In this document: positions 12,251 through 32,799 of the stretch, one piece after another
Numbering within the stretch: the first letter of the stretch is position 1
Layout: every line of letters begins with the position of its first letter
Origin: the human T2T-CHM13v2.0 reference genome, Homo sapiens
DNA length: 64,000 nucleotides
Direction: 5' to 3' (one strand)
Assembly: GCF_009914755.1 (NCBI RefSeq)
Contig: NC_060937.1
The notes under the pieces: model-generated
Database searches by the model: none
The model's input: only the letters and a program-made list of their open reading frames with translations
Told to the model about the DNA's origin: nothing
Translations under genes and position numbers: made by a program

Positions 12251-12779
12251 AAAGTCAAAATACGTTTCGGTAAAAAGGAAAGCTAACCAAAAGCTAGCAA
12301 TTTATGCCCCAGAACGCCAAAAAGTCTTAGGAATTGGAAGCATCAGACACTCTAAAGATCAGATATAGGCGATTGTTTAAAAGTCTGCCAGAAAAACCAT
12401 GTAGTCCTTTCCGAGATCCTCCCCCCAGCCTTAGCAGTCATTTCCCTACACCTAGGAGTTGAGGTTTAGTCTCTGGAAAAAGTGCGGTGGAGAAACCTGG
12501 GACTCAGAGAGGCCAGGCAAGACTGAGGCTGGCGGGTTGCATGCCAGTCTACAGCTGAAAGTGAGAGCCCTACTGCTTGGCACCCAGGATGCTTGAGGCC
12601 AGGCTTGCAGAAGATCTGACGATTCCTCTCTGGGGAGTTAAACCAGCCCAGGACAAATGACAGTGATACCCACAGCTGCTGACATCACGATTCTGCACAA
12701 TGACCTTACAGTGAATGCCAGCTGTCAGAAAACCCTCCTCAGGTCCACAGAGCTCCCTTTCAGGGGTTTGCACTCTAAG

Positions 12780-13700
12780 TAAGCATGGACTACTTAGACA
12801 TTTGAAGAAAGCTTTCAACATGAAAAAGAATCAAAACAAGAAGGAAATGGGGAAAAAAGTGCTACGATGTAGGAAGCAAAGGAAAACTTTAATTCGATTA
12901 AAAAAAAGATAAACATATCCAGGAAGTAAGAATCAGAGGCTATGTAAAAGGAATATTAAGAAAGACTTGGGAAAATTCAAAATATGATAGCAGAAATAAA
13001 ATATTCAGTCAAAAGATTGGATAACAAATTTAAGAAAATCTCAAAGTGGAGCAGAAAGATAAAGAAGGGCAAAGTAAGAAAGAGAAAAGATTTTTTTAAA
13101 ATCCTATAGATTTAACCCAGAAGGTCCACCATCAAACAACTACAACTTCCAGAGAGAGAGAGAGAATGGAGAAAGTGCAGGGGAAGAAAATGGCAAAGAG
13201 ATAATATGGGAAAAGTTTCTAGAATGGGAAAACGAGATTATCCACGATGAAAGGGCACAGGGTGCCCAGGATAATTAATTTAAAAAGTCTCAGACCAAGA
13301 CACATCATCGTGAAATTTCAAAAAATGGGATGTGAAGCAAAGATTCTAAAAGGTGCCACAGAGGGAGAAAAAAAATCCAAAAAGCAGATTACATACAAAA
13401 TATCTGGAATCAGAAAATGATCTGACTTTTTAACAGCAGTGCTGGAAGTTTTAAAACAGTGCTATAAAGCCTTTAAAATTCTGAAGAGAAATTATTTCCA
13501 ACCTGGAATTCTATGTCTAGCCAAGCTATCAGGTGGAGGAAGGGCATTTTCAGATAAGCAAGTTCTTAGAAAGTTTACCTCTTAGATGTGGTTGTCAAGA
13601 AGTGGTTCTGTTCCGCCGAAATGAGATTATGAATGAGGAGAGGGGATCCAGGAAACAGGAGCTGCAGCCCAGATGAGAGGCGCTGAAGGATGGTGACAAG
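12780..13700 (+). mobile_element. Ancient L1/HAL1 ORF1 remnant; probably continues at ~14270-14590
   Basis: A-rich. Decayed ORF1 motifs RPRHIIVKFQ (~13293) and AFKILKRNYFQPGILCLAKLS (~13469). Confidence 0.7.
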
Positions 13701-13729
13701 CTTTCAGGCAACTATGTGACATATCATCG

Positions 13730-14267
13730 TGCCCCAGTTGTCACTTTATTGCCTCTTGGCTCTAAATCCACCCTTCTGCCGTTCTTTGTGCTACTGGAGC
13801 TGGACCCTGTAAGTATTTCCCCTTTGCCGGCCGTCGCAATGGCAAGCCTTGTCAGTAAAGGGCACGGGAAGACATTGCAAGAGGGAAGGGTTTTCTTGGG
13901 GCTCAGGCCTTGTTTTTCTTGTTTTCGTGGAGAGGCTGCCAGCAGAACCCCAGGGGGCAGTTTTCCTGTGAGTTTCATTGGCAGATCAGTGGTGACTTCC
14001 GCCCATCGGCCCAGCCTCAGCACCTCATTGACTCTACCACCACCCCATAGGCCACAGCCTCAGCCTTGGTCTTGCCTTAGTGCCCTCCCTCCATCCTAGC
14101 GGCAGCAGCTGCCCTGTACGCCTGCTGTTCCTGCATTCTCTAGTGTTCACTTCATGCTTCTCAGAAGTTCATTCCTTACTTACTAGTTAATAATTCTTTA
14201 TGTTAAATTTTCCCTGTTAGTATTACTGGTGTGGATTCTGTCTCCAGACAATCCCGACTGATATACA
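13730..14267 (+). mobile_element. ERVL solo LTR (LTR33-like)
   Basis: cagttgtcactttattgcctcttggctctaaatccacccttctg ... attactggtgtggattctgtctcc...gactgatataca. Confidence 0.7.
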
Positions 14268-14593
14268 TAGTACTATAAACACTGAAACATTATTCTATCA
14301 AGATGTATGCTGTGGTGGCCTTGGGATGATGGAAAGGGGACATAGGTATGGATGGATATGTGAGGGGTTATGTATGTAGAAGAGCCAGCTCTTCTTGGTG
14401 AGAAGTCAGCAGATTACATGAAAATTTAAAAACTAAAACAAAAGCATGCACTGAAGTATGTTTAGAAATATGGCTGCAGTGACCAGGAGAAAGAGCACAG
14501 TGTTAGGAAAGGTGCTGCCTTTGGAGAGCAACAGGAGAGGAATCTGGAGAGGGCAGGGCGCTGCTGGTTTTTATTATATGTCTCTCAATGCTA

Positions 14594-14930
14594 TAGCAGC
14601 CCCCCTTCTCCTCGGGGGATATGGTTCAAGACCCCCCAGTGGATGTCAGAAACCACGGATAGCACCAAACCCTATATATACTATGTTTTGGTCTGATAAT
14701 CTAGATGGCTACTAAGTGACTGACAGGTGGGCAGCAAGTACAGTGTGGAGACACTGGTCAAAGGGATGACTTGCGTCAAAGGGTGAGACGGCTTGGGACG
14801 GCACAGGACTTCATCACGCCACTAAAAAGGCGGCTGTGCACTCTTACCTCAGATAATTGTTTATCTCCAGAATTTTCCATTTACTATTTTGAGGCTCCAG
14901 AAAGCAAAACAGCCAATAGGGGGGATGACT
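14594..14930 (-). mobile_element. MER44A (Tigger) DNA transposon
   Basis: gggggatatggttcaagacccccagtggatg...ggctactaagtgactgac...aatagggggg; degenerate inverted termini. Confidence 0.8.
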
Positions 14931-14974
14931 TCTTTACTTTTAAATTGTTTAATGTATTACTTCATCTTTTAATT

Positions 14975-15745
<771 letters not shown>

Positions 15746-16676
15746 AAGGAAAGTTGAATTTAATAAAATCAGTGCATTGGAAATACAGGTCTCAGCTACA
15801 AAGAACATTAATTCATGCCTGATACTTGCAGTATTATCATCTGTAAAGTAAGCATTAGCTTGAAAAAGGTATTTTGGGAATTTCATTCTATTTATTATTT
15901 AATTTAATTTATTCCTCTCTAACTTTGCCTTATGTAGTAAATGGCCACTACCTTGCCTCCATTATTTCAAGCATTATTTATACCAGAGAAAAATACTTGA
16001 GCATCAAAGAGTAGTTTTCAATATGACATTCATTGACTTGCTGAAAGGAGGTGTCAGATTTCATTCAGAGAGGATTTGAGGACCTACTACATGTCAGCCC
16101 TGTGAGGCACAGGGTAAACAGAGACAAATAATATTTCCTTAAAGTATCTCCCACAATATAATAGGAGAGACAGGAAGGAAGAAAGGGCCTGTGATCTCAT
16201 GGCATCCAAGGTGAGCAAACAGTGGGCAGAGGACACAACAGGATGAGGAGAGCACCTCTCAGCTTGGTAGAGAGGAGCTTGGGGCCAGCACTACAGAGCG
16301 CGGGGATGAGGTCTTCAAAGGCGAGTGACGGTTTGTCGTACAGCCACAGGAACCAGGGTGAAGCTGAGGCTGCCCACCATCCTTTGAACACCTGCCCCAT
16401 ATTCCTGCTTCCATATCTGTCGTTACTGCAGATTAGTTGCTCTCCAAATTGCATTTCCATGCTGTGCTGTGTGATTTGGATTAATAGGGACTGCATTAAA
16501 TGCTTTCTCTGAGGATCTTTCCCGTACTGGAGGCTGGAGGAAGCACTCAGTGTCTCGGGACATTTTCAAGGCACTCAGTCTCACTGGGGTGACAGATCTT
16601 ATCAGCAAAGACTTTTTACCCAAGAGGACAAAGTGTCCAAATGGGTGCTTGTGGGAATGTACTGGGGGTTGGGCAG

Positions 16677-16925
16677 TGTTTCATTCTGTTTTGTGCTGCT
16701 ATAATAGAATACCACAGACTGGCTAGCTTATAAAGAAAATAAATGTATTGCTCACACTTCTGGAGGCTGGGAAATCCAATATCAAGGGGTCGGCATCTGG
16801 AGATGGCTCATCCGGCAACGGGAGGCAGAAGGGCACGGGAGTGCCTCCAGAGAGCCAGAGAGCAAAGGGGCTGCACTCCCTTTACACCAAATGCACTCTG
16901 CAATCATGGTATTGATCCTGCACTT
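16677..16925 (-). mobile_element. MaLR LTR fragment (MST/MLT1A-like)
   Basis: gctgctataatagaataccacagactgg...gctcacacttctggaggctgggaaatcc. Confidence 0.75.
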
Positions 16926-17736
16926 GAAGGGAAAAAATTCTATAACAGAAGTAGTATTTGTTGTCTCCTGAGCCCATCTGGATCTACCTGAACTTGCTCC
17001 TTTTGGTAAGAAGGCAGCGTTTTGACTTAAGTGGGTGAGGAAGTCTAGCAGCCTCAGGTCCCCACATGGAATGCCTGTGTATACTTGTCAGCATCAGTTA
17101 CAACTCCTTTAATCCTCAGCGTGTGAAGGAGGGAGAGGATTTTTCTCTTTGGCAGTGTCTGACAGATTCTCCTGTTTGAGGAACGTTGCTGGCTAGTGAC
17201 ATGGAGGAGCACTCACCAAGAGAGAAGGGGTTGATTTTATCACTGAAAGCCCAGCTCTGTGGTACATTCTAGAAGCTCTCAACATCTAAGTGAGTTTTAC
17301 TCAAAGACTTTTCTGGGAAAAAGGAAACCTTCTGAAATGAGAGATTGTTGTTTAAATTCTCATTCTTCTTTCCCCTTCTCTCCCCAAGTCTGATGGTGCG
17401 CACCAGAAGCTTCTCCGTCCTATTGAATCTAATGAGAACATCACGTGGGCAAGCGTTCAGTTAACACCCAAAAAGAGCTGCAGCCACAGACTGGCACTGC
17501 ATCAGGAAAGGCAGACGGGAACACATTCTAGTGAAATGCAGGAAGTTAGAGACACGAGGCAAAAAAGATGTTAAAGAGTTTTGTGTCAGAGATAGCAGAA
17601 ACTCCTTAATTACTTTTTGGAGTTTGGATTTCTAAATCACAGCTTTCTGGAAAATTCAGATTCTTATCAGTAAAAGATCCTGCTTTAGGTTATTTAATAT
17701 TTGGAGTCTTATTATCATTATTTGTACTTTATCGCA

Positions 17737-17994
17737 CAGGTTGGAGTGCAGTGGTGCAATCTCGGCTCTCAGCAACCTCTGCCCCCGGGTTAAAGTGATT
17801 CTTGTGCCTCAGCCTCCCAAGTAGCTGGTATTACAGGCACTCACCACCGCACCTGGCTAATTTTTGTATTTTTAGTATAGACAGTGTTTCACCATGTTGG
17901 CCAGGCTGGTCCCAAACTCCTGACCTCAAATGATCTGCCCACCTCAGCTTCCTAAAATGCTGGGATTACAGACGTGAGCCACTGTGCCTGGCCT
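17737..17994 (-). mobile_element. AluS lacking its tail
   Basis: Reverse Alu body caggttggagtgcagtgg...gagccactgtgcctggcc. Confidence 0.9.
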
Positions 17995-18364
17995 GGAGTC
18001 ATATTATTTTGTAAAAGCAGTAAAGAATATAAAATGGTAACCATAAAGAGGAAATATTTTAATACAGCAAATATATCTGAAATTTGACCCCCTAAGCATA
18101 TCAGTATTCCCCCCATCTAGTCCTCTATATATCCATATTATTTGTACGTAAACAAAAGCATTTTTATCTTCCACCTTTCCTCTGGTATATCGGAAGTGTT
18201 TTACACACTTCCTCTGAGGAGTTTTGATTATATTAAATATTATATGAAATATTTCTACACTTTACTATCATGCCCTTTAAAACATTTTTAAAGCCTAAAG
18301 GAAGGTACTGCCATTCTATTTCCCTCCCTTTGTTAAAGTCACCAAGATTAATTTGATATTGGTT

Positions 18365-18650
18365 GACTGAGACGGTCTTACTCACCCAGGCTGGAGTACA
18401 GTGGCTTGATCATAACTCACTGCTGTGACCTCCAACTCCTGGGCTTAAGCGATCTTCAGGCCTCAATGTCCTGAGTAACTGGGACTACAAGTGTGTGCCA
18501 CCGTGCCCAGCAAATTTTTAAAAATATTTTTTAGAGACAGGGGTCTCACTATGTTGCCCTTGCTGGTCTTGAACTCCTGGGCTCAAGTGATCCTCCCTCC
18601 TCTGCCTCCCAAAGTGCTGGGAATACAGGTGTGAGCCACTGCACCTGGCC
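18365..18650 (-). mobile_element. AluJ
   Basis: Reverse Alu with J-type ctcctgggctcaagtgatcc. Confidence 0.88.
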
Positions 18651-18789
18651 TAATTTAATGTTTATTAAGAACCACCAATGAAATACATGTTGTTGCTAAT
18701 CTGTGGAATGGGTTAAAGGGTACAAAAAAAGCAACACCAAGACAAACAGGCTTTTGTGGATTTTTTTCTCCAGAAACGGGGAAAACAAT

Positions 18790-19570
18790 ATCCTTCGTTC
18801 ATTCATACTTAACAATATCCTTCATTCATTCATACTTATTCACTGGATCAAATGTTACTTGGATACCTACAGTGGGTGAGGTGTATCCTCAAGGTGTACC
18901 CTACAAGGGATACCATAGGGACACTCAGTGCCTGCCCAGGGAGCTCACTGTCCACCAGGAAGACGGCTCCCACATACAGCATCAGGCGACGTGGCGGGAG
19001 GGACACAGACTAAGTTCCACAGGGTACAGAGGACAAAGAATCGAGTTCAGCCACGGTGACCTGGGAAAATATTGTGCAGGGACTTTAAATTGGAGTTGGG
19101 GAACAGATAGAGAAAAAGAAGGCATTTTATTGTCAGGGATGAAAGAAGTGAAGTCACCGAGGAAGGGAACCACTGGGCATGTGGGAAGAACAGTGAGCAG
19201 CCCCCCACAGGCTGGCTGCAGAGTAAGGGGTGGCCAGGCAATGGGGCAGGCCCGCTGCTCAAAGCCCTTCATGGAAGGCCTCGCAACTTTGCTTAAGCAG
19301 GAACTCACAGGTGGCTTTCAATTAGGTGAGTGACTTCAAGAGGGGGCTTTAAAGCATGAGTCTGAGCAGTTGTGTTCAAGATAGGCTGAGTGGGGGCCAG
19401 CCTGCCCAGAGAGTGCAGGGGACAGCCCAGGGAGCCGGTGGCAGAAACTGAAAGGAAGGGCCACTGGAGGAGGTGCTAGGATGGAAGAACAAAGGGATTT
19501 GGGACAGCAGACAAGGGAGAAGTGCACGGGTTATTCTGGGGTTTTGAGTTTGGGGTGATGAAATATCCCA
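18790..19570 (-). mobile_element. L2 3' fragment
   Basis: ttcattcattcatactt...cctgcccagggagctcactgtcc..., L2 tail in reverse. Confidence 0.55.
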
Positions 19571-20531
19571 CAAATGGAAGGAGCATGGTCAGGAGCAGGC
19601 CCAGGGTGTGGCCCGTCCTCAGTCCAGCTGCTCACCGTGGCTGGGGTCCAGGTGGACCCAGGTGCAATGCAGAGCTCATGGGAAGGAGGGAAGAGGCTGG
19701 AGTTGATCACAAAGAGACGCGGACCCAGAGGTGGACAGGATCTCTGAAGGACGATGCCTAAAGGGGAAAGAACAAAGGACAGAACTTCTGGGAGTGCCCA
19801 CACTGAAGGAGAAGCAAAAGAGGAAGAGACAAAGAAGGCACTGCCAGGGCCTGGAGGTCGGTAAATGCACTGCCGTGAGGTCGGGGGACAATGAGGGGGT
19901 GCCTGTGTCAGGTGCACTGGGGCCAACCTTGACGCTGAGTTCAAAACACAGACCAGGAGCTCGAGGAAGAAACGGTGCCCCCTTCTGAGAACTTTGCTGG
20001 TGAAAGGGAGAAGAGTGGTGACAACTCGATTTCCCTTTTGAGGCTGTCCTAGAAGCTGGCACTTCAGTTGTCACAGGGCAGTTCATTTGGACCCATATTT
20101 CTTCCAAAATAGTCTGTGGAGGGGTCACTGGCGCCCAGCCCTTTGCGCTTCCCCACGGTGCTGTTCTTCCAGGCAGGGTGGGTCCATCAGCTGCCTCTCC
20201 TCACCACACAACGCAGATTCCATGCATCTGTAGAACTGGAAGACTCCCCCGCAGTTATAGACATTTAACAGGAATTGAGTCAGAAAAAGCTCAGATGTTA
20301 ACGCCTAAGGCAAAAGAGAAAAGGACACAACCCTGAGTCCAGCCTCCTCCAGCTGGGGCTGGCCACTGCGCTGGTCCTGTTTGCCTCTGGGTGTTAGCGG
20401 AACCTCCTTCCCCTCCACTGCCATCCCTAACATCAGCCAACATTGAGCAACTTAAATCCAAAATGCCACACACCCCAAAGGTAACAGATTGAAAGAATCC
20501 CAGAGTTGGAAGGAGTCTTAGAGGTAACTTA

Positions 20532-21066
<535 letters not shown>

Positions 21067-21854
21067 ATCATACGCTGGCTCGCTAACTAGCTGTGCCTTT
21101 ACTGTGAACAAACAGGCCTTTTTCTTTCAACCTGGGCAAATTACAGTGTTTTTAAAAAGCACCAAGAATACTTTTTGGAAGTCGGAGTTTTCTGTCAAGT
21201 GGCTTTGGCTATACTCCAGATCTTTTTGATTCATTTGGCTGTAGAGCTGGATGGGCACATGGTATAAAAACAGTTCTCAGACCTCACTCTTGTTTCTGCT
21301 CAATCCCTGTCCTTTTAACCAGCACAATGAAAGTGCCTCAGTCAGCAGAGTCAAGTAGGATAACCAGAGCAAAATGTGAAAACGAGATTAGAGCTGTGAT
21401 TAGAGGCTGGGACGTGTGCTGAATTCCCTCTAATCACGTGATATGAGCTAAGGCCACCATTTATCATAAAACAAACTGTGCAGCTTTGGGAGACATGGAA
21501 TGGATGACAACTGCATTTTAAAACGTGTTCAAGTAAATGAAGCATAGTCATTTTGGAAAACAAGGAAGCAAAGCTTAATAGCTGAAAGGGTTTTCAAGTT
21601 TTCACATGTGTATGTTCCTAAGGGATTTTCGTTACTTTTGTTCTGAAGTGAGATGTGAAGTGGTTTCCTTTTTATTAGCATATGAATAGCAGGGCCATTT
21701 GATTTGGGAGAGATGCACAAATGAAAGTCAATTAACATTTGGGGGGTGAGTCCACCAACCTATCATGAATTTACCTGAGTAAAGTTAGGTGAGAAGTCCT
21801 CCTGCGTGGGGAAAGGTGCACCTGTGAGCTGCCGATCGGGGAGGAATCATCACG

Positions 21855-23750
<1,896 letters not shown>

Positions 23751-23799
23751 CTCAACTCCTTTCTTTTTCTCCATGTTGCACCGTGACCATGACAGGATA

Positions 23800-24270
23800 T
23801 CCTACAGGCCCCATCTTCCATTTATATCCAGCTTTTGACCCCTTCACACCACCTCAACTGCCACCTCAACTGCTACCTGCATGCTGGGCCACCACTATGC
23901 CCAGCCTAGATGGCTGTGCCAGCCTCCTAAGCAGCCTCCATGCTCCTTCCCTGCCCTCTCATAGTCTGCCCTCAGCACAGCAGCAAGAGTGGCCCTTTCA
24001 TAAATCAGATGATACCACTTCTCTGCCCAAATCCCTGGGAGCTTCCTCATTTCACTTAAGGCAAACACAAAGTTTTACAGAGTGACCTGTGAGCAGGGCC
24101 CCCCCACCACCTCCCCTCTCCAGCCTTGGTAGCCCCCACTGTCCCTCGCTCACGTGTGCATGCTGGGTCACCTCCTGATGTCTCCTGGGCCATGCAGGCC
24201 TCACTCTTCACCACATATACCTCACCTCCTTCAAGGCTTTCCTCCAATGTTGCTTTCACAGTGAGGCCTA
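23800..24270 (+). mobile_element. L2 fragment
   Basis: cagcacagcagcaagagtggccctttcataaatcagatgataccacttctctgcccaaa. Confidence 0.7.
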
Positions 24271-24284
24271 CTCAGCTGGGGTCT

Positions 24285-24900
24285 TCTTTTCTTTCCTTTT
24301 TTTTTTTGAGACGGAGTGTCGCTCTGTCGCCCAGGCTGGACAGATCTGCAGTGGTGCCATCTCGGCTCACTGCAACCTCCGCCTCCTGGGTACAAGCAGT
24401 TCTCTGCCTCAGCCTCCTGAGTGGCTGGGATTACAAGCACCCACCACCACACCCAGCTAATTTTTGTATTTTTAGTACAGACAGGGTTTCACCATCTTGG
24501 CCAGGCTGGTCTTGAACTCCTGACCTCGCGATCCACCCACCTCAGCCTCCCAAAGTGCTGAGATTGCAGGTGTGAGCCACCATGCCTGGCCTCCTTTTTT
24601 TTTTTTGTTTTTTTCTTAAAAGAGGCAGGGTCTTGTTTTGTCACCCAGTCTGGAGTGCCATAGTGTGATCACGGCTCACTGCAGCCTTGGACTCCTGGAT
24701 TCAAGCGATCCTCCTGCCTCAGCCTCCTGAGTAGTTGGGACCACAGATGTGTACCACACACCCAGCTAATTTTTTATTTTTTGCATAGATGGGGTCTTGC
24801 TATGTTTCCCAGGCTGGTCTGGAACTCCTGGGCTCAAGCCATCTGTCTACCTCAGCCTCCCAAAATGTTGGGATTACAGGTGAGAGCCACTGTGCGAAGC
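24285..24900 (-). mobile_element. Tandem AluS (24285-24591) and AluJ (24595-24900)
   Basis: Two consecutive reverse Alu dimers. Confidence 0.9.
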
Positions 24901-25149
24901 TCGGATTTTATTTTCAATAAAAATATTTATCTTCCACATTTATTTGTTTGCCAAGAATTAGGCAGTTCTACCTGAAACTCTCCTACTCTGCTGATGGGAG
25001 TGTAAAACGGTACAACCCCGTCTGGCAAACAGTTTACAGTTTACTTAAAAAGTTACATATGCACTTGCCATACAGCTCAATCACTGCACTCTTAGACCTG
25101 ACAACATGCGTCTCCACAGTCTTGTAAAAATGCTCACGCTGGTCCAAAT

Positions 25150-25625
25150 TGTGATGGCCAATGTTATGTGTCAACTCAACTGGGCCAAGGGGTGCCCAGA
25201 CATTTGTTGGAACCTGATCCTGGGTGTGTGTGTGGGTGTCTCTGGATGAGATGAACATTTGGATCTGAGGTCAGGTGTGTGAAGCAGACGGCCTCCCTGA
25301 CGTGACCCCACCCTGCCAGTCAGCTGAAGGCCTGAAGAGATCGAAGGCTGGCCTGGCCTTCCTGCCAGCAAGAGGAAATTCCTCCAGCCTGACTGCCTTC
25401 AAGCAGGGACAGTGGTTTTTTCCCTGATTTCAGATTCCAGCTGAAATATCAGGTCTTCCTGGGTTTGAAGCCTACCGGCCTTCGGACTAGAATGACAACA
25501 TTGGCTCTCCTGGGTCTCCAGCCTCCATAATCACATGAGCCACTTCCTTAGAATAAATCTCCGTCTAGCCACCTACCCAGCTGCATCCTATTAATCCTGT
25601 TCTCTGGAGAGCCCTGAGTAATGTA
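25150..25625 (+). mobile_element. MLT2 (ERVL) solo LTR inserted in an L1ME fragment (~24985-25960)
   Basis: tgtgatggccaatgttatgtgtcaactcaactgggcc...aataaatctc...ctctggagagccctgagtaat. Confidence 0.8.
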
Positions 25626-26009
25626 CTACCCAAAAGCTCGTGAGCAGGTGAATGTGCACACAATGGGACTCCCAGCAATGAAAAGGGACACAGGACTGCA
25701 GCCTGCGGCGGCAGAGATAAATCTTGGAAACATGAGTTGAGTGAAAAAGGCAGCCACAGAGGAGTCCATACAGTATAGTCCCACTTACATGAGGTTCCAA
25801 AAAGGTGATAGTGCCCAAAAGCAGGTCAGTGATTGCCTGGGCCTGACAGTGAAGGAGAATTGACAAGGAGCACAGGGAAACTTTCGGGGTGACAGAAATG
25901 TTCTTGATTTGATTGTGGTAATGACTACATACACATTTGGCATACAAATGTGGGAAAAGTAAAAAAAAAAAAAAAAAGAGAGAGAGAGAAGAAAAGAAAA
26001 AGAAAAACA

Positions 26010-26560
26010 AGAAGCCAAGCACAGGGGCTCACACCAAGTAATCCCAAAACTTGGGAGGCCAAGGTGGGAGGATCACTTAAAACCAGGAATTCAGGACACA
26101 CGCCTGTAGTCCCAACTACTTGAGAGTTCCAGGCAGGAGGATTGTTTTTGCCCAGGAGGTCAAGGCTGCAGTGATCGTGCCGCTGCAATCCAGCCTGGGT
26201 GACAGAGAGAGACCTTGTCTCTTAAAAAAAAAAAAAAAAAAATGGCCGTGTACGGTGGCTCACACCTGTAATCCCAGCACTTTGGGAGTCCATGGTGGGT
26301 GGATCGCTTGAGCTCAGGAGTTTGAGACAAGCTTGGGCAACATGGCAAACCTCATCTCTACCAAAAATACGAAAAATTAGCCGGGCACGGTGGCACGCAC
26401 CTGTGGTATCAGCTACTCGGGAGGCTGAGGTGGGGGGATCCGTTGAGCCCGGGAGGTTGCAGTGAGCCATGGTAGCACCACTGCAGTCCAGCCTGGATGA
26501 CAGAGTGAGACCCTGGCTCATAAATAAATAAATAAATAAAAAATAATTAAAAAAAAAACA
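26010..26560 (+). mobile_element. Two tandem Alus (partly deleted AluJ plus AluJ/S)
   Basis: Alu bodies with poly(A) and (TAAA)n tails. Confidence 0.88.
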
Positions 26561-26876
26561 GAATTCTCCAGCCCTGGCAAAGGACTAAACTTTTCTCTGA
26601 TGCTCCAATCTGTGTCAGATGAAGTTTCAGCCAGAATCCAATGTTTCATTCATTCATTCATTCATGCATTTGATCACCATTAAGTGCCTACTGCATGGTA
26701 AGCCGTGGTCCAGGCAGATTCAGTCCCAGCCTACCTGGAGCACAGATGGGCATGGAGGTCTTCGCTAGGTCCCCTTTCCACCTGTAGGCAGTAAAGCCAA
26801 CATTCCCCGTCCTCCCAATCCCCACCGTTTATGGAAATGAGATCCTGCCATGTGAAGTGGCTGACTCTGAAAATAA

Positions 26877-27325
<449 letters not shown>

Positions 27326-28147
27326 TAATTTGTATCACCATTTTGCATGTTTTCTGAGTACCAATCTCACCACACCGTCATGAAGTATGAAACTCTAGTT
27401 GACAGCTGAAGGAAGGGAAACACAGAACTTTTCAATGTCACGTCCAAGTCCACACACTGAGTAAGCGGAGAGCCAGGATGGAGGGGGCCCTTAAACATGA
27501 GGCGGCTCTGCCCCCACCTTCGCAGGTGTTGGGGCATTTGGTTCCCGTGACACCCCAGCAGGTGCGGTTATTATCCCTGTGCATTTTATGAGGAAAAAAC
27601 AAAACCTGGAGACGTTAGATCACGTCCAAGAGCTCGAATTCAAATGTGGGGCTTTCAGGTCCGAAGCCCATGTTCCTGGACTCTACCGCACTGCATCTCA
27701 ACTCTGATGATGGGAGCAGAAGAGTTGACAGAAAGCTAGGAACAGGAGAAGGGAAGGAAGAGGGAGAGACAGAGGCAGGGAGAGAGGACACAGGAGCAGC
27801 AAGGCCTCTACCTGCACAGCCCCTGGGCCCACCCTGGAGAAAACACTGTTCTTGGAAGACCTGAGCGGCTGGTGAGGGGGGACAATGGAATGCACATCTG
27901 TATTCTAAATCAGCCTAGAAAGCAGATCAGAGCATGAGAAAGGGCCCAACATCTGTATTACTAATAATAGTGCTTCCTACACCTGCCGTCCAGGGATCCA
28001 GAACAGAGAGGAGGGCCAAACAGCAGCTGAGCAAAGCGAAGCAGGGAGCCAGCTTTCTGGGAAGAGCCGGTGTAGTTTGGGGGCTGTAGAAATTAAGGCG
28101 GCCTCCCTTGCGCTTTTGTGGGCCTTTGCTTTGGTTCTTTGGATGCT

Positions 28148-28490
28148 GGGGTAGGCAGAATAATGTCCCCCCAAAAATGTCTACGACCTAACCCCCAGAA
28201 CCTGTGGCTATGTTAGGTTACTTGGCAAACTGGGGATTAAGTTGCATATGGAATTAAGTTCTCTGACCAGCTGACTTTAAGATGGGGAGATTCTCCGTGT
28301 GGGCCCAACGGGATCACAAGTGTTCTTAAAAGTGGACGAGAGAGGCAGGAATGCAGGTCACATGATGCCACAAGCCCAGCGATACTCATTTTGGACATCT
28401 AACCTCTAGAACTGTAGGCGAATTGGCTCGTGTTGTTTGACGCCGCTGCATTGGCAGTGACTTGTTACAACAGCACAGACAACTCACAGA
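28148..28490 (+). mobile_element. MLT1 (MaLR) LTR
   Basis: ggtaggcagaataatgtccccccaaaaatgtc...ccagaacctgtggctatgtta. Confidence 0.8.
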
Positions 28491-28855
28491 GATGGCAAAG
28501 GGAGGGACAGTTTTCAGGACCTCTGCCTTTCATCTTCCCTTACTCCGTGTCAGGAGCATCGTCAAGCAACCACTGGATTCCACTCACTGCTTTCCACCTC
28601 TGCCAACCGTGTGTTCTCAGAGTCCAAGCAGCTCTAGACTGAGTCCTGGTGCGGAGGCTCCTCTGCCATGCAGCAGACCCAGAGGAGCTCTGCTCTGCCC
28701 AGACCCAAGGCCAGCTCAGAGCAACCTACAGAGGCGGCAGTGGCACCGGTTGGGGGCGTGGGGGAGAGCCTGGTTTTGTGAGGCCTGAAGCTCTTGAAGG
28801 GAAAAAATGCACAAGTACAAATATCGAGTTAGGTATGAATGTAAATATTGATTCA

Positions 28856-30535
<1,680 letters not shown>

Positions 30536-30994
30536 AGAAGGTAAAATAAATAAGAATCATCTGTAATTCCAGAAATAATCATTGTCACTTCATTCTAGTC
30601 TTTCTTTAGGATCTATAACCATGTTGTCCCTACCTGTCTGGCTTTTCACATCAACCCTGTGAAATCTGCTTGGGGAACTAGCAGCAAGGACAACACTCCA
30701 CCTTTGAATAACTGAAGCAGAGCTTAATGAAGAGATTACTCACCGGTCATCTAGAGACCACAGGGACAGTGCAGGGACTGTCAGAAGGGGGGACAGAGTG
30801 GGCAGCTCCCTTTGCTCCCTGCCAGGGCTCCTGGGGTGGGTAGGGCCGCCACAGTTCAGGCGGATAGTGGAGCCCCTAGTGGTGTCGGAGGACTGTCCTG
30901 TATTTTGGTAACTAAGTCAACAAGGCCCGAGAAAGTCCCCTGAGGCTGGATTTGGCCCATGAGCCTTCAGTTTGAGACTTTTGTGGGGTACTTT

Positions 30995-32595
<1,601 letters not shown>

Positions 32596-32799
32596 CATTT
32601 TCTTTTGAACTACCAGTGAAAATAGCTCTATTGAATCGGGGGTGAGGAGTATCAATTTTCCTACAACTTCTGTGTCCTGCTTTATTGACCAGCCGAGCAT
32701 CAGTGACATAAATGGGGGGCCTTTCCGTTCCAAAGCAGATATTCTGGGCTATCTGACCTAACTCAGAGGAGGCAGCCTCACCATCCCACACCTGTCATC

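Noticed and set aside
18786-18838. 27-bp tandem duplication caatatccttc(g/a)ttcattcatactta
   Set aside because: Local duplication at an L2 tail; common and probably neutral.
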